Shown: one piece after another, positions 55,030 to 64,000 of the stretch
How positions within the stretch are numbered: the first letter of the stretch is position 1
Layout: the number at the start of each line of letters is the position of its first letter
Assembly (NCBI RefSeq): GCF_009914755.1
Contig: NC_060927.1
DNA from: the human T2T-CHM13v2.0 reference genome, Homo sapiens
DNA: 64,000 bases
Reading direction: 5' to 3' (one strand)
Program-made: the position numbers and the translations under genes
The notes under the pieces: model-generated
What the model saw: only the letters and a program-made list of their open reading frames with translations
The model's database searches: none
Told to the model about the DNA's origin: nothing

Positions 55030-55460
55030 AGAAGAGCCTATCAAATTGCTTTTACTTGTTTCGGGTTTCCTGACAATCTAAGCCCAAAGTTGATTGTCAA
55101 AGAGAACTATAAGTTTTGCAGAATAGCTTTTCCTAGAAGGGAATCACATGAGACTTCATATATGTGATTTTCTTAATAAGTAAAAAGTGGTAAACACACA
55201 AGTGTTATCTTTTGTGGTTATTACTATCTTTTTATCATCATGATCATTATCATCACTATGTGATGTAGTATATAACATCCTCAAGATCATAATTGCAAGA
55301 AATGCAATCACATGTGTCACACACCTCTTAACTTTTATTGTCCATCAATAAAAGCCAAGGATATGACCATTAAAAGCAACATAGTAAAGTAAAGTCTGTT
55401 CAGAAAATATGCTCCAAAGAGATAGCACTCTCATGGGTCTGCTTGAATCTAGTTAAAACC
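55030..55460 (-). mobile_element. Probable L4 (RTE-X LINE) fragment
   Basis: agcttttcctag...gaatcacatgagact; aacatcctcaa...tgtccatcaataaaagcc...ctctcatgggtctgcttga resemble recalled L4_Mam segments. Confidence 0.45.
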
Positions 55461-57074
55461 TGTTCTATCTGGAGAAACAGGGAGAATACTTGTTTTTACA
55501 ATAATACTTATTTATATGGACATTCTCCCAGCCAGGCTGTTTTAGTCATTGAGTCATTTCAGTCTTATATACTCTTAGAAGCCTGAAGTGCAGATTGATA
55601 CTCTACATGATTGATTCAGGGGTGGGTTTTTAAACTTTAGAGATCACATAACAGATAATAGGTTGACATTCTTTTGTGGACGTTGAGGAGCCTAATGAGG
55701 TTCGCTCCTAGATAGCTAGCCCTTTACCTCCACAGAAAGGTAGGCCAAGAAGGGATATACCGGAATTTTTCTCAAGAATCATTGCTGCACCTGCCTCAGG
55801 ACAAGAATACTTAAGTAAAACAAGTCCTAAAATTTTACAGCCTTGAGTAGAGCAGAATTTTTCACATCATTTTATACTTCATCTTACTAATTACTCGCTG
55901 TAGTGCTAGAAAATTCTTGGTAGTGTTGCTGTCAAGGTCAAGTTTGGGAAAAGTAGCTTCCCAGAGAAGTGACCGAGATTAATCTGTTCATTTGGTTAAA
56001 AAATTGAGATTAAATAAAGCATTGAGTGATACTTTTCTGTCATGAAAACTATTCAACGCTTCTGTTCACTTTTAAGTTCTGATCTCACCAACCAGTTTAT
56101 TGTAATTAATTCCATTCACATGGTTTTACCTGGATGGATTCAAAATATGGTTTACTATAAGTACCTCCCGATGGAATTAGCTTTAGTCACATTGAGTGTT
56201 ATTTAGTCACATGAGTGTTATTACAAGTATATTTAAATTATGTCAATTATGTTTCTGCCAAATTTTAGCAATTGTTAGAGTGTAAGTATAATCAATATAA
56301 ATATAGGAATGTGTGAAATACTTCACATGTAGACTTCCACAAAGATTTCTCATGAAGTTAGTGTGAGATACCAGGGTCTTCCTGATTAGTACTTATGGCT
56401 GTGACCTCAGGCATCTTTTTTTCTCCATCAGATGGAAAAACTGATGCTCTAACTCTCAGATATGGTCATAGCATCCACAAATAGAGAGTGGCCATTTGTG
56501 GGGATAACTGAAGCAAATAATTGTCTTCATTGTCATAGGTGACAGTTTATTTGCAACCAGAAACTTGAGTTCTGTTTTTGTTCATTGAGAGAGTGCCCTG
56601 AGTTGTAATGTTGATCCAAGTTGAATAATCTAAGCAGAACACTTAACCTAATGACAATAAGGTTTGTAGAAGTCATTTTCAAACTCTAAAATCATGTGAT
56701 TGATGATTTTTATTTTATTGAAGATTTGAAGCAATTACCTTGCTGTTTGGATGTGTACATGCCTCATACATAGGTAGAACAGGTAATTATGTGCCCTACT
56801 TTTGTGCCACCTTTATAGATTTGCACACATAACACTTTATTGTAGTACCTGTCCCCTCACAGGATAGACTTTTTTTATTCTAAAAACTCAGAGATATACA
56901 GCATACATGTAATAGACACTTTAAATCTAGCAAAAAAAAAAAAAAAGAGGCTAATGCAACACACTCAAAGTACAGCACTTGATATTAACACTCAGTCTTA
57001 CTGTAACTTTTCCTACATTAACAGTCCTTTGAAATAGGTCAGAGTTATTCACTAACTCAAACACATACATTTGT

Positions 57075-57155
57075 TCATTCTCTTCCTCTGCCTCCCTCCA
57101 CTCCTCCCTCTCTCCCTCACTGCTCTCTCCCCCCACTTCCTCCTTTTACCCTCCT
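57075..57155. repeat. CT-rich low-complexity tract
   Basis: Read directly. Confidence 0.8.
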
Positions 57156-57569
57156 CATAGGCAGGCTCACAAAAGCCTCATCCTACAAAAAAGTTTGAAG
57201 ACTACCTGCGTTGCTTCACCTGTGTGGTATCACATTTTGGCAGGTGTGCTCACAGGGTAGCACACTTAGTCACAAATTACCTCAACAAATGTTATCTCCC
57301 ATTTACCAAGCATTGTACTGGTAAGTAAAGATAGGTAAGCAAAATAAACCCGAACTCTGCCCTCCAGTTAGAGGGTTAAGTGTGGCACTCTTAATGAATA
57401 AGGAAACAAATTTGGTTGAAAGTAGTAAAGCTCATGAAAAGATTTACAGTGGCTTGCCTTGAGACACAGTAAATTAGCTAAACAGACAAGAATCTAAGTC
57501 AGAACCCTACAACAGTTTGGTAGCCTAAGGAACTATGATCTCTGATTAGCAATGTGAGAAGATTACTAT

Positions 57570-57745
57570 TCTGAGAGAAATAGGTCTTGGTTCCTGGACC
57601 GGTTCTGCCACTAATTAGCTGTGTCACTTTGAAGAAGTCACTTAACCTGTCTGAGTTTCAGATTTTCTCATCTGTAAAAATGAGAGAAATCAACTAGATG
57701 GTCTCTAAGATCCTTTTTATATCGTGAGAGTTTATGACTCTCTAA
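57570..57745 (+). mobile_element. MIR (MIRc/MIR3-like)
   Basis: tctgccactaattagctgtgtcactttgaagaagtcacttaacctgtctgag...ctagatggtctctaag. Confidence 0.85.
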
Positions 57746-57911
57746 ATGCACGAAACCAATATAAATGAAATTCCTAATTTTCTTAAAAATACAAAATATA
57801 CAAATTAATAGGTTTTTATATCTCTAAATTATCTATTATAAAGTACAATGGAAATGTCATTCAGAATAACAACAAAAATATAAAATAGCTAAAACAAACT
57901 TTATTGGTAAT

Positions 57912-58700
57912 TTAAAATATTTATTGAGCACTTTCTATATGCAGACAACTCTGTTAGATGCTAGGAGACAGTCAAGGGTGCCTGCCCTCATGGAATGTAC
58001 ATTCTGGTGGAGAAAGTAAACAGAAGATGGTTATTTGTTCAACTAAGAATGTAATAATAATTCTGATATGTGCAGTGAAGCAAAAGGATCAAGTAATGAG
58101 AGCATATAACAGACAAGGCCAAATATTCATTCGTTTTTTTTCTTCTGTTCAACAATTTAAGTCCATTTTGCCTGGGAGTAAAGGGGTTTTCCCAAGATGT
58201 TAGACTTTCAGTGTTGAAATCAGGGAAGTCCCAGGCAAGCTGAGACAAGTTAGTCATATTAGAACCTTGGTACATTTTCAGAACAAAGAAGATCAGTATG
58301 GATTGACTCATAAGGAGTAAGATGATCGAGAATGGTCTGGATGGAGCTGTTAAGAAGATAGGCAAAGAATAGGTGATTCGTGGCCTTATAAGCCATGATA
58401 ATTTTGAGGTTTTGCTTTTTATCCTAAGTCAAAAACTATTGTAGGTTGTGGCATGATTAGAAGTCATTCTTTGAGATCCACCTGCCTAAGAAGAATAGAT
58501 TTGATGGTGATGGTAAATGTTATGGTAGTGGTAGTGGGAATGAGGTTATCACAAAACTAATTTTAGGAAGGCTAGTAAGATCATTGCAGTAATTAAAGTG
58601 AAAGATTCTGATGGACTAGGGTAGTGGCAGTAAAGATGGAAATAAGTGGACTGATGAAAATATTTTATATGTTAGATGTAGAATGGATAAAATTCAGGAT
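57912..58700 (-). mobile_element. L2, interrupted by MER81
   Basis: aaatatttattgagcactttctatatgc...ctgccctcatggaa...ttttatcctaag...actagggtagtggcagt. Confidence 0.8.
58150..58262. mobile_element. MER81-like hAT-Blackjack MITE
   Basis: tttgcctgggag...gactttcagtgttgaaatcagggaagtcccaggcaagctgagacaagttagtca. Confidence 0.75.
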
Positions 58701-59400
58701 TAATGGTTGTGAGAAGGTGAAATGATACAAACAGAAAAAATGGGCACCCAGAGAATTTGAGATAATAGAATATTCTTAATGAAACTATAAAATAAATATG
58801 TTAAAATGATTCAAGGCATAAAAGAAGAAATAGAAACCATCATGTACAAACACAATAGGATGAAAAATGCTTAGGCATGCAATTGGACCCGAATTTTAAA
58901 ACTTCCTTGCCTGCCCACAGACCTTACCATCATAAACAACAAATGGCAGAGTTTATAGGTCATTTTGCAAATTTTTCTTAGAAAAATTCATAGCTAAGTA
59001 ACTTTGAAAACAACTGAGCTTTTGCTGTGTGGTTCAGACATTATTAAATGTTATTCATCCCTATCCATTCCTACCCTCATAATAGAAGCTTTTTTGATGA
59101 TACATATGTTTGGTTTTCATCAGAAATTGATTTTATTTGATGTATATAAACTAAGTCGGGAGAAGTTTCAGTTTTTCTTTTTTATTATTATTATTATTAT
59201 ACTTTAAGTTTTAGGGTACATGTGCACAATGTGCAGGTTAGTTAAATATGTATACATGTGCCATGCTGGTGCGCTGCACCCACTAACTCATCATCTAGCA
59301 TTAGGTATATCTCCCAATGCTATCCCTCCCCCCTCCCCCCACCCCACAACAGTCACCAGAGTGTGATGTTCCCCTTCCTGTGTCCATGTGTTCTCATTGT

Positions 59401-60339
<939 letters not shown>

Positions 60340-60342
60340 CTA

Positions 60343-60831
<489 letters not shown>

Positions 60832-60964
60832 TCATTTGTTGTATCCTCTTTTATTTCGTTGAGCAGTGGTTTGTAGTTCTCCTTGAAGAGGTCCTTCACA
60901 TCCCTTGTAAGTTGGATTCCTAGGTATTTTATTCTCTTTGAAGCAATTGTGAATGGGAGTTCAC

Positions 60965-62893
<1,929 letters not shown>

Positions 62894-62921
62894 TTAGGAT
62901 AGTTAAATAATTTAGAAGTTT

Positions 62922-63680
62922 AATTTTAAAAATTCATATTGAATAGCAAATTGCCAAGTTTAATCAAGACAACTTCGAATGAGAAGAAAGAGGAGCGGTG
63001 GAGATTTATCCTACCAGATAATAAGATTCTATGAAAAAACTATAGTAATTAAAATGGTGTCATCAATAGGAAGCAATAGAACATCCAAAAACAGCACCAC
63101 ACATGTATGAGGACTTGTTATTACATATAAGTGAGGGAAGATGGATTTTTCTAAATGATAGTGTTAAAAGAATTTATTGTTCATATGGAAATTTCAAAAG
63201 GCTTAGATATTAAAAAGTGAAATTTTCAAACTTTTAGAAGAAAATGTAGGAGAATAGATTTGTGATCTAGGGATAGGGAAGGATTTCTTAAACAAGACAA
63301 AGTATTTAAAAATACCCATTTAAAATATTATAAAATTAGACATCTTGATGAAAGGCAAAATAAACAAAGTCAAAAGATATAACACATACTGGGAGAACAT
63401 AGTTTCAATGTATATAACTGACAAAATATTAATATCTGGAATATATAAAGTAGTCTTTTAAACCCTGCAAATCAGTAAGAAAAAAAAAATCTTAGAGGAA
63501 AATGGGCTAAGGATCATAGAAATTCTGGGGAGAGTAACTCTAGTGGTCAGTTTTTAAGGAGATACACAGCCTCTTTGGGAACCGCATGTATTTTAAAAAG
63601 ATGCCATTTGAGATCAACCAGACTGCCAAAAATCAAAAAGTCCAACACTACCAGATGATAATAAGAATATGAAACAGAAG
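62922..63680 (+). mobile_element. Old L1M ORF2 3' fragment
   Basis: taaaaattcatattgaa...cctaccagata...cttttagaagaaaatgtaggagaata...gatttcttaaacaagac. Confidence 0.75.
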
Positions 63681-63799
63681 TATGATGAAATTTTAACAGC
63701 TATTAATTTGCGTGGTATTATAGTATTCTTTATGTTTTTAGTATGTTTGAAATATCCTTTTTAAAAAAAATTGAAAAGATCCAATGAATATAGTGAGAT

Positions 63800-63960
63800 A
63801 GAAGTCGTGGAAAAGCAGTTTTGGTTCAGTGATCAAGTTAGAAGCCATACCGAAATGAACTGAAGAATGAATGAGTGCTGGAGAAGTGAGACAGTGTTTA
63901 GATAATGTTCTAAAAAAATTGTGTTTAAAGAAGGGAGCCAAAAAGGAATGGGGGTTAGCC
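63800..63960 (-). mobile_element. L2 fragment
   Basis: agcagttt...agaagcca...gaagtgagacagtg...aaagaagggagc. Confidence 0.5.
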
Positions 63961-64000
63961 TAGCCGGCTTTAAGCTTTTTTGATGAACTCTTTGAAAATC

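Noticed and set aside
59323-59346. G-quadruplex-forming tract on the minus strand
   Set aside because: Standard, well-described L1 3'UTR polypurine tract

Overview
AT-rich, CpG-depleted primate DNA. It is almost certainly human, because it carries a pristine AluYa5 with all five diagnostic changes. The window looks like a long intron or intergenic region. No cellular protein-coding gene, RNA gene, CpG island or CRISPR-like array can be supported. All long ORFs are LINE-1 ORF2 remnants; the rest are Alu/L1 read-through or chance ORFs. A large share of the window is recognisable transposon debris: L1PA3-, PA7-, PA10-, PA13- and PA16-like copies, older L1M copies, about ten Alus plus a FAM, MIR, L2, a probable L4, MaLR LTRs (MST, MLT1), and Tigger2/3, MER2, MER3, MER81, MER117 and MER20B-like DNA transposons. 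Subfamily names are from recalled consensus sequences, not a RepeatMasker run. I found no convincing new biological system. The most unusual signals are: (1) a ~250-bp orphan retroposed insert with poly(A) and TSDs inside an L2; (2) two short segments apparently copied from 1-3 kb away; (3) several fold-back/slippage scars, two at the same L1 palindrome in independent copies; (4) a 5'-inverted L1 splitting an AluJ; (5) a possibly polymorphic AluYa5; and (6) a few candidate exon/enhancer-like unique segments.
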